The position numbers and the translations under genes were made by a program. From Bacteroidota bacterium (GTDB lineage: Bacteria; Bacteroidota; Ignavibacteria; Kryptoniales; JAKASW01): a stretch of 64,000 nucleotides of DNA. Below the pieces are notes generated by a model. It worked only from the letters and a program-made list of their open reading frames with translations. It had not been told where the DNA came from and did no database searches. Numbering within the stretch: position 1 is the stretch's first letter; every line of letters begins with the position of its first letter. Location of the stretch: the NCBI GenBank assembly GCA_021845665.1, contig JAJZVO010000005.1, positions 17,422 to 81,421 of the forward strand, in the 5' to 3' direction. Below are positions 48,401 through 57,015 of this stretch, piece after piece.

Positions 48401-48800
48401 CTGGTCTACATGCGTTTCGAAGTCAGGAGGCACGCCCGGAAGCAGAAACAGTCTCTTCATAAGCCCTTCACAGATAAGCGGCAGCATCTCCGTTTCTCCG
48501 AATCCTTTCTCGCCGGACGGCGACGGGCATGACGATTTCACATTTGTCACCTACACCTTCCCTGTCACCTCAGTGAAAATCCGCATCAGGATATTCGACA
48601 CGATGGGACGATTGATCGCGACTCCCGCGGACAATATTGTAGTTCCATCCACGGGAAGACTGGTGTGGGACGGCAGGGACGGATCCGGGAAGATTGTTAA
48701 GTTCGGATTGTATATTATGTTCATGGAAGTAACCGGTCCCGATGGAAATTCGCTGGCGACATACAAGAAACCGCTGGTGGTGGCGAAAAGGATGAGGTGA
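45477..48800 (+). CDS. Secreted protein with four lamin-tail domains (LTD), intervening CARDB/Ig-like modules and a C-terminal FlgD-Ig/T9SS type-B-like sorting domain
   Basis: 1107 aa, signal peptide MKWKSALVVWMVTSVGYA. There are four repeats of V(V/I)(I/V)NE(L/I)M(Y/F)AP..PEW(V/I)ELYNTS...GKSLER...TPG..NS. The C-terminus is NPFSPDGDGHDDFTFVTY..IRIFDTMGRLI..LVWDGRDGSGK..GLYIMFMEV. Confidence 0.85.
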   Translation: MKWKSALVVWMVTSVGYAQVVIDELMYAPSGGQPEWVELCNSGPDSVNIKDWTICNKTGVRYAVRRSDRFIHSHSYLVLTNSNSFADYHPEATGSFIVVGWSQYFLVNTGDTVVLRDAYNRTVDSVYYATSWGGSGGKSLERRSASGSSRSQTNWGTSVDQEGCTPGRINSIALRRIDLKISSFSASYSSDESEFLFDVSVKNIGAESVNSFSVNISIDYNGDSIAQPQELMTSTSGRALNPGDSVHIQVTEKAGYSGRSNAIAVVNLDSDEYTPNNDAITKINISYRPGSVVVNEIMYAPTSPAPEWVELYNTSPDSISFESFTIGDNSGTISRVKEKDRVLPPSGYIVIADDSIFFNYHPGLSACVIVLAIPSLNNSGDAVIVHDPSGKTMDSVAYSPSWGGNSGGKSLERILPGGSSNDPQNFETCIDTSKSTPGKVNSVTPRDHDLAVGTISWSPSPLQSGGTAVITANILNVGLLANGESVAVLFQDTDNDLKQDAGEIRDSVEIGTILPGDSLAVSLRTNTLTFGSHRFGIVVNYPGDERTSNNSKSFILRVGLPAATVVINELMYAPVSPEAEWIELYNTSGAPVDLSDFRISSHTSAARIKSATVIAPAGFLVLCKDSSVQRLHDNARNLVIQSVPTLNNAGAGVGLHDNLGNLVDTIDYRPSFGGDTGRSLERIDFLAGSDSTNWAESMDTTGATPGTQNSVAILPFDVAIKRLDLSSASVAPGRAGTISVIVVNRGRNAAADVSVALRIERDLDSAQDYSETVRIARPIAPRDSASIQFVFSPGGPGARTVFARLRLDNDMRYWNDTLSAKLNVRFDPQSIVINEIMFTKGPMGEYFEICNKSPGPIDLTGWGFHTLSSSLKTFSQTNNPSFRHSTIPRLPPGGYFVTASDSSILAVVPDTSAVDVVKSLSLRDDGDCVVLYDPSGNMVDSVYYLPSWHNSDIANTAGRSLEKINPTLPSGEKTSWSTCVSKSGGTPGSRNSLFISPSQISGSISVSPNPFSPDGDGHDDFTFVTYTFPVTSVKIRIRIFDTMGRLIATPADNIVVPSTGRLVWDGRDGSGKIVKFGLYIMFMEVTGPDGNSLATYKKPLVVAKRMR

Positions 48801-48863
48801 CCATGTGTCTCGAAGCGATCCACGATATGTCGGCCAACTGCACTAACACCGGATGGAGGCGCC

Positions 48864-49142
48864 ATGAAACCGAGCCATGAATCGATCTCGCCAGAAGAAA
48901 TCGAGAGGAGAATATACATAATCCGAGGGAGACGTGTAATGATCGATTCGCACCTCGCGGAAATGTATGGGCTGCCTACAAAGCTTCTTAACCGCGCTGT
49001 CTAGCGGAATTTAACTCGCTTTCCTGACGATTTCATGTTCAGACTCAGCAAGGAAGAGAACGACCGTTTGAGAGGAGCTTTGAGGTCCCAAATTGAAACA
49101 GATAGAGATGAAACTCGAAAAATCGGATTTACAAGAGAATAG
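48864..49142 (+). pseudogene. ORF6N (KilA-N-like) domain gene with an in-frame TAG and a truncated C-terminus
   Basis: MKPSHESISPEEIERRIYIIRGRRVMIDSHLAEMYGLPTKLLNRAV-TAG(49002)-RNLTRFPDDFMFRLSKEENDRL..LRSQI follows the ORF6N consensus (..LNQAVKRN..RFP.DFMFQL), with the conserved Lys codon replaced by a stop. It ends after 92 codons instead of continuing into the usual C-terminal half. Confidence 0.65.
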
Positions 49143-49148
49143 GGAATC

Positions 49149-51722
49149 ATGAACCTAACAGGAAATCACGCGGATCTTCAAAAGCGAATCTCACTTTACA
49201 TCACGGCCCTCCAAAATGAAATCGAGGCGCTGAGAAACTATTCTTCACGAAATTACTCGCTCATAGCGGGCAAATTCCTCGGCCATGCCGACACGGAGTT
49301 CCTTTACGAGTTCAGGCTCGAAGATGAAGTCAGGATAGTCGAGGACATGCCGGTCGAGATCGAAGTCGGTGGGGACATCACTCATGGCACCGTCGTATCC
49401 GTCGACGGCGACAGGATAGTTTTGCTATTGCAGAACGACATCGGAGACAACGCCGAACAGGCAATGCTCCGTACTGCGCCCTTCTTTCTCCTTGAACAGC
49501 TTATCGAACGCCTGGACAGTCTTGAAGACAAAGATGTGGGGACCCTCGCAACCCTCTTCAGCGATGACGACGACAACACGTATGAGGACGATCTAACGGT
49601 TGACCCGAAACAGCTGAACGAGTTTCAGGTCGAAGCTGCGCGCTCAGTGGTAAAGAAGCCCGTTTCGTTCGTGTGGGGACCGCCGGGTACAGGAAAGACA
49701 CAGACGCTCGCGTTTGCCGCCGCTAACCTGGTCGCGCTCGGAGAAAAGGTCCTTATCATTTCGAACACCAACATTGCGGTGGACGTCGCACTGCAGAAGA
49801 CGCTCGAATACCTTCAGGAGGAAAACGAATACTTCGAGGGAAAATTCGTCCGACTCGGAATACCGCGTCTCCCCGACCTGGCGGATTTCCCGTGGTCGCT
49901 GCCGCAATACGTGTCGCGCGACAAGAATCCAGGACTTTACGCGACAATAGAGAAGATCGAGACCGACATCCGCGGTGTCATGACACGCATGAGAAATCCC
50001 CGGTCGAAGCGGGGCCCAAACCAGGAGAAGCTCGCCAATATGCGCGAGGAGCTTTACTCGCTTCGCGAGGAAGCTTACGGGAAAGAAAGCAAGATTGTCC
50101 AGCAGGCCAACCTCGTCGCCTCCACCGCGGCAAAGGCCGCCATTTCTTCCCAGGTTTCCTCGCGGAAGTTCGACACTGTCCTGATCGATGAAGCGAGTAT
50201 GTTGTATGTGCCCTATGTAGCCTTTGCCGCGTCGCTCGCGAAGAAAAGGGTGGCAATTTTCGGCGACTTCATGCAGATCCCGCCGATTACGCAATCGTCG
50301 ACGAAGGTTCTGAACGTGCTGGCAAAGGACATCTTCCGCGAAACGAAGATGCACCGTTACACGGCGAAGCAGCATCCGCGTATGAGCACGCTGGAGATTC
50401 AGTACCGCATGCAGCTCGCGATCATGGACCTCATAAACGACAGGATTTACGCCGGGAAACTGAAAGCCAGTCAGCAGATAAAGTCTTCCGAGCCGAAACA
50501 GGAGCCGGTCGTCTTCTATGACACCTCGAAGTTAGATTCGAAGGCTTTCCGCGAAGCCACATCGAACAGCCGCGTCAACATTCTCTCTGGAATTACGGCG
50601 ATAGACCTGGCGGTCGACGCTCTGAAGCACGGTGCGAAAACAGTCGGCATCATAACGCCATACCGGGCGCAGGCGAGATTCCTGCGCGGCGTTCTTAATA
50701 GCATGAACCTCGACAGCGCCGTAATCTCCGCCGCCACCGTCCATACCTTCCAGGGTAACGAGCGCGACGTAGTCGTGTTCGACTTCGTCGACGACAACCC
50801 GCTCCCTCTCGGCGTTCTACTCGCGACATACGAACGCGAGGACCCCGACGACATCTCCGAGGGCGAGCGGCTCCTGAACGTCGCGATGACCCGAGCGAAG
50901 AAGCGGCTCCTCTTTGTCGGAAATTTCGAGTACCTTTCCAAGAGATCCACCGAAGGCTCGCTCCTCGCGTTCGTTCTCGACAAGCTCATGCGCGACAAGG
51001 TCGTTAACACCGTTCAGATCGACGACAGCAAGGCGAAAGCCTACATCGGGAAGAATTTCCCCGGACTCGCAATCCACCATGGACTCGTCGACAGCACCGT
51101 ACCTCTCCTGAGGGACATACAGGAATCTTCGGAAGAGTTGCGACTCGTACAGCCGATCAAAGCGAAGCTTCAGTTCTTCAAGTATGTCCTTAACAAAGAA
51201 GTGGAGTCCTCCAAAGACTTCAAATCGTTGGAGATGAGTCTCCTTCAGCAGAAGTTAAAGAACACAAACCTCGTTACGTCGGACAAGTCGGAACTTTTCT
51301 TCTGGCTTATCGATAAAAAACGCCTCTATGTCTTCGACATTTTGGACAAAAAGGATCCGGTCAGCATAAGGATCGACATCCCTGAGATAGCGAGGACGTT
51401 CAATTACATTTTGCCGAGGAAGAGCTCAAAGCTGTCGGGTACAGGACACCGGGAAGTGGACGCCCATTGCGCCGTATGCGGCGGGAAGATGGAGCTTAAA
51501 GAAATGAAGGGAATGATCGTGGCACAGTGCGCCGACAACCAGTGCGTCACGGTGCCGGCGGACGGAAAGATTATCGAGGCGGTTCTCGAGGAGAACGGAC
51601 AGAGCTGTCCCATCTGTGCCGGGAAGATTCGAGTGAAGAAAGGACGCCGCGGGTTCTTCGCCGGGTGCGCAAACTACCCGGGATGTACATGGACAGCGGA
51701 GCTGAGCGAAATCCTGAGATAG
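49149..51722 (+). CDS. Superfamily-1 (Upf1/DNA2/NAM7-like, AAA_11/AAA_12) helicase with an N-terminal barrel-like domain and two C-terminal topoisomerase-type C4 zinc ribbons
   Basis: 857 aa. Motifs are I VWGPPGTGKT, II VLIDEASM, V TVHTFQGNERDVVVF and VI LNVAMTRAKKRL. The C-terminus is CAVCGGKMELKE..AQCADNQC and CPICAGKIRVKKGRRGFFAGCANYPGC. Confidence 0.85.
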   Translation: MNLTGNHADLQKRISLYITALQNEIEALRNYSSRNYSLIAGKFLGHADTEFLYEFRLEDEVRIVEDMPVEIEVGGDITHGTVVSVDGDRIVLLLQNDIGDNAEQAMLRTAPFFLLEQLIERLDSLEDKDVGTLATLFSDDDDNTYEDDLTVDPKQLNEFQVEAARSVVKKPVSFVWGPPGTGKTQTLAFAAANLVALGEKVLIISNTNIAVDVALQKTLEYLQEENEYFEGKFVRLGIPRLPDLADFPWSLPQYVSRDKNPGLYATIEKIETDIRGVMTRMRNPRSKRGPNQEKLANMREELYSLREEAYGKESKIVQQANLVASTAAKAAISSQVSSRKFDTVLIDEASMLYVPYVAFAASLAKKRVAIFGDFMQIPPITQSSTKVLNVLAKDIFRETKMHRYTAKQHPRMSTLEIQYRMQLAIMDLINDRIYAGKLKASQQIKSSEPKQEPVVFYDTSKLDSKAFREATSNSRVNILSGITAIDLAVDALKHGAKTVGIITPYRAQARFLRGVLNSMNLDSAVISAATVHTFQGNERDVVVFDFVDDNPLPLGVLLATYEREDPDDISEGERLLNVAMTRAKKRLLFVGNFEYLSKRSTEGSLLAFVLDKLMRDKVVNTVQIDDSKAKAYIGKNFPGLAIHHGLVDSTVPLLRDIQESSEELRLVQPIKAKLQFFKYVLNKEVESSKDFKSLEMSLLQQKLKNTNLVTSDKSELFFWLIDKKRLYVFDILDKKDPVSIRIDIPEIARTFNYILPRKSSKLSGTGHREVDAHCAVCGGKMELKEMKGMIVAQCADNQCVTVPADGKIIEAVLEENGQSCPICAGKIRVKKGRRGFFAGCANYPGCTWTAELSEILR

Positions 51723-51910
51723 CCCGTCAATAATCCGTTGTCGCCACGGTTACAAATAAATAACGGCGAAGTCCTTACCGGATGGGATGCGACTGGGAAA
51801 CTTGCTTGAAACAGTCATTCGTGTCGCTATTTTGACGGCAGTTTAAGGTTCATTACGGCTTGTGTACCATGAAGAGGTGAGCGGCATTTACACATTGCGG
51901 GAGGTGAAGT

Positions 51911-52447
51911 ATGAGAATCATATTGGCAGTATGTGTTTGTTTTCTCATGATGTCCGTACCGGACGAATTAGCTTTGGCCCAACCTGGCCAAGGTTCGGGT
52001 GTCGACAGCACGGTTACCATACGCCAGAAGAATCAACAAGTCATCGCGGCTTCTTTAGCCATCTTAGGCACGGCGTTCGATGCTTCGCAGTGGGGAAAAA
52101 CATATCGCTCTTTGTGCTTCTTCGGCGCCGGGCATTTGCTTCAGGAAGACTGGTTGACAGGCGCCGGCTTTCTTGCCGGCGAAGCGAGTCTTCTTGTTCT
52201 GAGAAACAACCTGGTCCGGGAAGCAGGAACACTGGACAGACTGCAGTACCCGTATATCTCCAATGACCTGGAATTTCAGAGAGAGGGACGAAGTCCTTCT
52301 TCTTACGCAAACCTTATCAACGCTTCCTCGACAGACCTGCTACTCGGTGATTTAAACTGGGTGGACATGTACACCGCCTTCAGAATCGCGCACGATAAGA
52401 GTTCCGCAATTAACAAGGTTAACTTCCATGATGACGGAGTAGCGTGA
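51911..52447 (+). CDS. Membrane protein; apparent N-terminal half of the downstream CPBP protease (same frame, separated by one TGA)
   Basis: Start ATG 51911 after GGGAGG. It has a signal/TM segment plus 2-3 TM helices and ends at TGA 52445-52447. Confidence 0.5.
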   Translation: MRIILAVCVCFLMMSVPDELALAQPGQGSGVDSTVTIRQKNQQVIAASLAILGTAFDASQWGKTYRSLCFFGAGHLLQEDWLTGAGFLAGEASLLVLRNNLVREAGTLDRLQYPYISNDLEFQREGRSPSSYANLINASSTDLLLGDLNWVDMYTAFRIAHDKSSAINKVNFHDDGVA

Positions 52448-52492
52448 CTTTTTCTCTCACCGTTTAAACTGAAGTATATCACAAACCCGTGG

Positions 52493-52966
52493 GTGTTTGT
52501 TCCTGTTATTGCGGGCTGCGCGGCCGGCATCTTTTCGACTCTTCACAACCGGCATCTCTCTGCGGCTTCAACCTTGATGGTGTTCGACAAAACACTCTCG
52601 CCGATTCAGGCAGCCGTAGTACAATCTGGCGGAACGGCTCCGCGGTTCTTAATGGTCGCGGTCGGCGAGGAAATGTTCTTTCGCGGAATGCTGCAGACCG
52701 AGCTCACCGAGCTTACCAACCCGATCGTTGCAATCGGTGCAAGTTCAATCGTCTTCGGACTTGCCCACGTGGGTAACGGCGGGCAATATTGGGAGGTGCC
52801 GACCTTTCTCGGACTCTATTTGGGCTACCGTTTCCAGGCAAACGGATACGACCTCGGCGAGACTATAGCCACCCACTTCTGGCTCGACTGGCTGGGACAA
52901 GTCGTTCAAATCATTTGTGATCCCCGCGGCTCACAGTTCGTATACTCGATCAGCTGGAAGTTCTGA
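52493..52966 (+). CDS. CPBP-family intramembrane glutamic endopeptidase (CAAX protease/Abi-type) core
   Basis: Motifs are EEMFFRG (motif 1), FGLAHV (motif 2) and ATHFWLDW (motif 3). The frame is already open from 52448, directly after the TGA of the upstream ORF. Confidence 0.75.
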   Translation: MFVPVIAGCAAGIFSTLHNRHLSAASTLMVFDKTLSPIQAAVVQSGGTAPRFLMVAVGEEMFFRGMLQTELTELTNPIVAIGASSIVFGLAHVGNGGQYWEVPTFLGLYLGYRFQANGYDLGETIATHFWLDWLGQVVQIICDPRGSQFVYSISWKF

Positions 52967-53042
52967 GTTGGCCCCCTTGTCGGATATTTCTGCACTGACA
53001 CATTGAGCGGGATATTTTGTATCTTATTTCGTCAGGCTGGGA

Positions 53043-53261
53043 ATGAGAAAGAAAGTATCAGATATACTCAGGGAAATCGAAGACCTTCCTCTCCAGGACC
53101 GTATCCTGGTAATTGAAAAAGCTCTCAAATCGCTTAAGAAAGAGGGAAATAAGAGAGAACTCCGCCGTGCCGCCAGGGAACTCCTCGAGGAATATAAGAC
53201 TGACAAAGACCTCACTTCGTTCACAGATCTCGATCTGGAGAACTTCTATGAACCAAGGTGA
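53043..53261 (+). CDS. Putative antitoxin (short helical addiction-module component, not AbrB/MazE-like)
   Basis: 72 aa. The sequence VSDILREIEDLPLQDRILVIEKALKSL is of the helical addiction-module type. It overlaps the toxin start by 14 nt. Confidence 0.6.
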   Translation: MRKKVSDILREIEDLPLQDRILVIEKALKSLKKEGNKRELRRAARELLEEYKTDKDLTSFTDLDLENFYEPR

Positions 53262-53592
53262 TGTCTGGCTCATCACTCTCGACCCAACCATCGGCGCAGA
53301 AATATCGAAGGCGCGTCCCTGCGTGATCGTCAACGACGACAACCTTGGACGGCTCCCGCTCAAGATGGTGGTACCGATCACCGATTGGAAAGACCGCTTC
53401 TCCGTCGCACCCTGGATGGTGAAGATCGAGCCGTCGAACGGCAACGGACTCGACAAGGACTCCGCCGCAGACTGCTTCCAGCTCCGTTCGATATCGGAGC
53501 AAAGGCTAATCAGGCGTATCGGGAAACTTGATGAGTCCCATGTAGAGAGAGTCAAAGCCGCACTCGCGATCGTCCTGACTATAAAGGGATGA
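53248..53592 (+). CDS. MazF/PemK-family endoribonuclease toxin
   Basis: Start ATG 53248. MNQGDVWLITLDPTIGAEISKARPCVIVNDD..VVPITDW..DSAADCFQLRSISEQRL matches the PemK fold pattern. Confidence 0.85.
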   Translation: MNQGDVWLITLDPTIGAEISKARPCVIVNDDNLGRLPLKMVVPITDWKDRFSVAPWMVKIEPSNGNGLDKDSAADCFQLRSISEQRLIRRIGKLDESHVERVKAALAIVLTIKG

Positions 53593-53700
53593 AGAATATG
53601 AACTCGTTTTCTTGTCCCCTCCTGGTGCAATGTAGCTTCAAAGGAACGTATCCGTCGTAACCAGCGTCGGGATTGCGGCCTGCAATTTCATATTCACGGG

Positions 53701-54582
53701 ATGTTGGATTCCATGGAATTATCACAAACTAATCGGAGCGTAAGAATAATGGATAACGCCGGTTCCAAGGGATCTTCCGGGCGGCGCATCACGTATGTCA
53801 TTGCTGCGGTTGCAGTCGCCGAAGTACTGGTCCATCTTTTCTCGAACGTGTTCGCACATTACGGCTACTTCCGCGACGAGCTTTACTACATCGCCTGCAG
53901 CAGGCATCTCGCCGCCGGTTATGTGGACCAGCCGCCGCTCTCGAGCTTCATACTATACATCAGCATCAAGCTCTTCGGCGACTCGATATTCGCGTTGAGA
54001 CTCCTTCCTGCGCTGGCATCCGGCATCACCGTGTACCTGACCGGGCTCATCGCGCGAAAGCTCAACGGCGGAACATTCGCGGTCACGCTCGCCTGCCTGA
54101 CGATGGCAATCGCACCGCAATTCCTCGGAACAAACACGGTATATTCCATGAACGGCTTCGACTGGCTCTTCTGGTCGCTAGGGGCATACATCGTTTTGCT
54201 AATCGTTCAATCGGAAGAGTCCATCCCGCGAACGAAAAGATTGTGGATTCTCCTTGGTGTGGTTCTCGGTCTTGGATTGCTTAACAAGATAGACATGCTC
54301 TGGTTCGGATTCAGTTTTCTCGTTGGACTCCTGTTGACGCCGCAGAGAATTCACCTCAAGACGGTGTGGCCGTACATCGCAGGGCTCATTGCCTTCATCA
54401 TATTCAGTCCGTACATCGTGTGGAATATTACACACAACTTCGCGACGCTCGAGTTCATACATAATGCTTCATCAATCAAATATGCATCTCAAAACCCGCT
54501 GAACTTTATATCGGACACGATACGCAAATTCTCTGTGGAACATTCGCATGAGCTGGAAACCGTGAGGCTATCGCGAGCTTGA
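53701..54582 (+). pseudogene. ArnT/GT39-like (PMT_2) membrane glycosyltransferase, apparently truncated at the C-terminus
   Basis: FRDELYYIACSRHLAAGYVDQPPLS, ALRLLPALASG and GLGLLNKIDM..IVWNITHNFATLEF follow the family pattern. The ORF stops at 293 aa, soon after the point where homologs continue for about 200 more residues. Only about 190 nt remain before the next gene. Confidence 0.6.
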
Positions 54583-54773
54583 TAATCTCGCCGAATATTC
54601 TTAGCGTGATTTCGGAGAGGAGAGATGCGACAAAGTACCAGCTTACGCCCGCGCTGCGGGGGACGATTCGTCCGATAGAACGCTCAATCTGCTATTTGCC
54701 TTTCATCTTGTCCACGAAGGCGAAATGATTCTTCGAATTCATCCAGAGTCGACGTCGAAAGATGGGAGGCTGA

Positions 54774-56000
54774 ATGACTGAATCGCGCCGCTGGCCGAGG
54801 CCGTGGGCTTTCGGACTTCTCATACTTCCGGTGGCAGTGTACGTCGGGTTTACGGCTACGCCGCTTCCATTTCTTCTCAGCAGAGTAGGTGTTTCGGTAT
54901 ATGAAATAGGAACGATCGGCTCGGTCCTGCAACTCCCGAACATCCTTGTTTTCCTCTGGGCACCGCTTGTAGATGTAAAGCTTCGCCGGAGAACATGGCT
55001 GGTAATCTCGTCGGTCGTTACGGCGGTTTGTCTCTGGATCGCTCTACCGCTTGTAGGCGCGTCCAGCCTTGTGGTAATGGCGGCTCTGCTCCTCGCAGCC
55101 GGGACGACTGTATCGCTGGTGCTCGCATCGTCCGGCGGACTCATGGTCACGACTCTCCTGGTTGACGAACAATCAAAGGCGGCGGCCTGGAATCAGGCCG
55201 GTTATCTTGCCGGGGGCGCATTGGGCGGAGCACTGATACTCTGGCTGGTGACTCGTCTCCCCTTTTTCGTAAGCGGTCTGATCGCAGCGCTTGTCCTTTG
55301 TGTCCCCGCTTTCCTTGCACTCTCGCTTCCCGAGAAAGAGCCCGCGGCTTCCCATTGGTTCAAGGGACGCCTAACCGCGATGAAGCGAGAAGTTAGTAGT
55401 GTTTTCAGGAACCCGGTTCGTAGATGGACTGCTCTTCTTCTGATGGCACCGGCCGGTACGGGAGCCGCACAAGTCCTTCTCCCTGCGATCGCGTCCCACT
55501 ACGGCGTCGGCGCCTCAGGAGTCATCTGGATAAACGGGCTCGGAGGCGGAATCGCGCTAGGTGCAGGCTCGCTACTCGGCGCGATGGTTCCCGGCGGTTG
55601 GGACGGACGGGTCGTTTATGCCGCGGCAGGATTTCTGAACGGCATTGCGGCCATTGTACTCATGTCGGTGATCGGACCGACAGGATATCTCATCGGAACG
55701 ATCATATACCTTATAACGCAGGGGCTTTGCTGGGCAAGATTTACCGGGCTCATCGTGGAGATTGTCGGACCGGACACCCGGGATGCGAGCACGCTTTACA
55801 GCGCTCTGTCTGCCGCCGGGAGTATTCCGCTCGCCTACATGACATGGCTCGACGGGTTTGGATATTCGAAGTTCGGCACGCACGGGCTGCTGATGACGGA
55901 TGCCGCAGGGAACTTGATCGTGTTCGGAATAGTGTTGGGAATATTTTTGAGTTACGGGCTTTCTTTCCGGCATAAGCCGGGGAACGTGACGGCAGAATAG
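54774..56000 (+). CDS. MFS transporter, AmpG/PAT-like
   Basis: 408 aa, 12 TM. The segment LQLPNILVFLWAPLVDVKLRRRTWLV resembles the AmpG family motif. Confidence 0.7.
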   Translation: MTESRRWPRPWAFGLLILPVAVYVGFTATPLPFLLSRVGVSVYEIGTIGSVLQLPNILVFLWAPLVDVKLRRRTWLVISSVVTAVCLWIALPLVGASSLVVMAALLLAAGTTVSLVLASSGGLMVTTLLVDEQSKAAAWNQAGYLAGGALGGALILWLVTRLPFFVSGLIAALVLCVPAFLALSLPEKEPAASHWFKGRLTAMKREVSSVFRNPVRRWTALLLMAPAGTGAAQVLLPAIASHYGVGASGVIWINGLGGGIALGAGSLLGAMVPGGWDGRVVYAAAGFLNGIAAIVLMSVIGPTGYLIGTIIYLITQGLCWARFTGLIVEIVGPDTRDASTLYSALSAAGSIPLAYMTWLDGFGYSKFGTHGLLMTDAAGNLIVFGIVLGIFLSYGLSFRHKPGNVTAE

Positions 56001-56366
56001 CGGAATTGCCAAGCGATTTCCGATGATGGGAAGTCGATATTGCGGCAAAATGTGTCTACCATCGCATGAACGGAAGAGGCCGAATGGAAGATAGATAAGG
56101 ATATGGAGCATTTTCGGTGAGATCCTCGCACCTTGAGATAACAAGGGAACTCACCACAAACCAGGACGAGCAACACGTCGCACAATGATTTTCTGAGGAG
56201 CTCCGCTCGATATTTCTGAAACACGGAATTGACACCCCCGATCTGGGAACCGGGGAATAAACCGGCGGGAAAACGTCTTAATCGACTCTCCCATCGACCA
56301 ATCGATTTTCAGCCTGCGGCTGATCAGCAGAACCTTAAACTGCGCCTTCGAAACCGCTTACAACAA

Positions 56367-56753
56367 CTATCCCAGCTCAGCTCCGTGCTCGAGAAGCAGC
56401 TCACGCAACACCGACCGGTGACAGTGATTCTCATTTTCGCAGTAGCAGCCGACAGAGAAATTGGTGGTGTGAGACAATGCCGCAAGAAGCTCGATTGCGT
56501 GACTATTCTCCGGAGTCGACATTTCCGAGCGGTATTTCCTTTTGAAGGCGTTCCACTGTGCCGGCGTCTCTGCCGCCTGAGCAAGCTTCACAGTGCTGTC
56601 GCTCGGCGCCAGGTTGGGAAACCACACGTCGTAGAAGTTTCTGGATGCGAACTCCGACTTCAGCACACCGCGCGGCGGACGCCGAACGGTTCCGATGCGG
56701 GTCCCCTCGCCTTTCTCACGCGGACTACCGAGCCTCACAATGCGTATAGCCAT
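56367..56753 (-). CDS. DUF488 (YeaO-like) protein
   Basis: 128 aa. Motifs IRIVRLGSPREKGEGTRIGTVRRPPRGV, DVWFPNLAPS and CYCENENHCHRSVLRELL. Confidence 0.75.
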   Translation of the reverse strand: MAIRIVRLGSPREKGEGTRIGTVRRPPRGVLKSEFASRNFYDVWFPNLAPSDSTVKLAQAAETPAQWNAFKRKYRSEMSTPENSHAIELLAALSHTTNFSVGCYCENENHCHRSVLRELLLEHGAELG

Positions 56754-57015
56754 ATCTCATCTCTCCCTAATCCAGTTATCTTTTAGAGCCGGATCACTTA
56801 GGACAAGTCCTGTACCAGGACAATTTACAACGTTCCCCCGTCGTCGCCAAAACATCCAAGTAAGCCCCCATTGCTGCGGAACCTCCGGCTGTTTTCCCTG
56901 CCCGACAATTACCTAAACCGTGGCCCGAATTCCCTCCCCTGAGATCTGTCGAGAATATAATAATCCTGTCAATTTTCCGGTTGCGCGACCGCTTACGATA
57001 GAATTAGATTGATGC

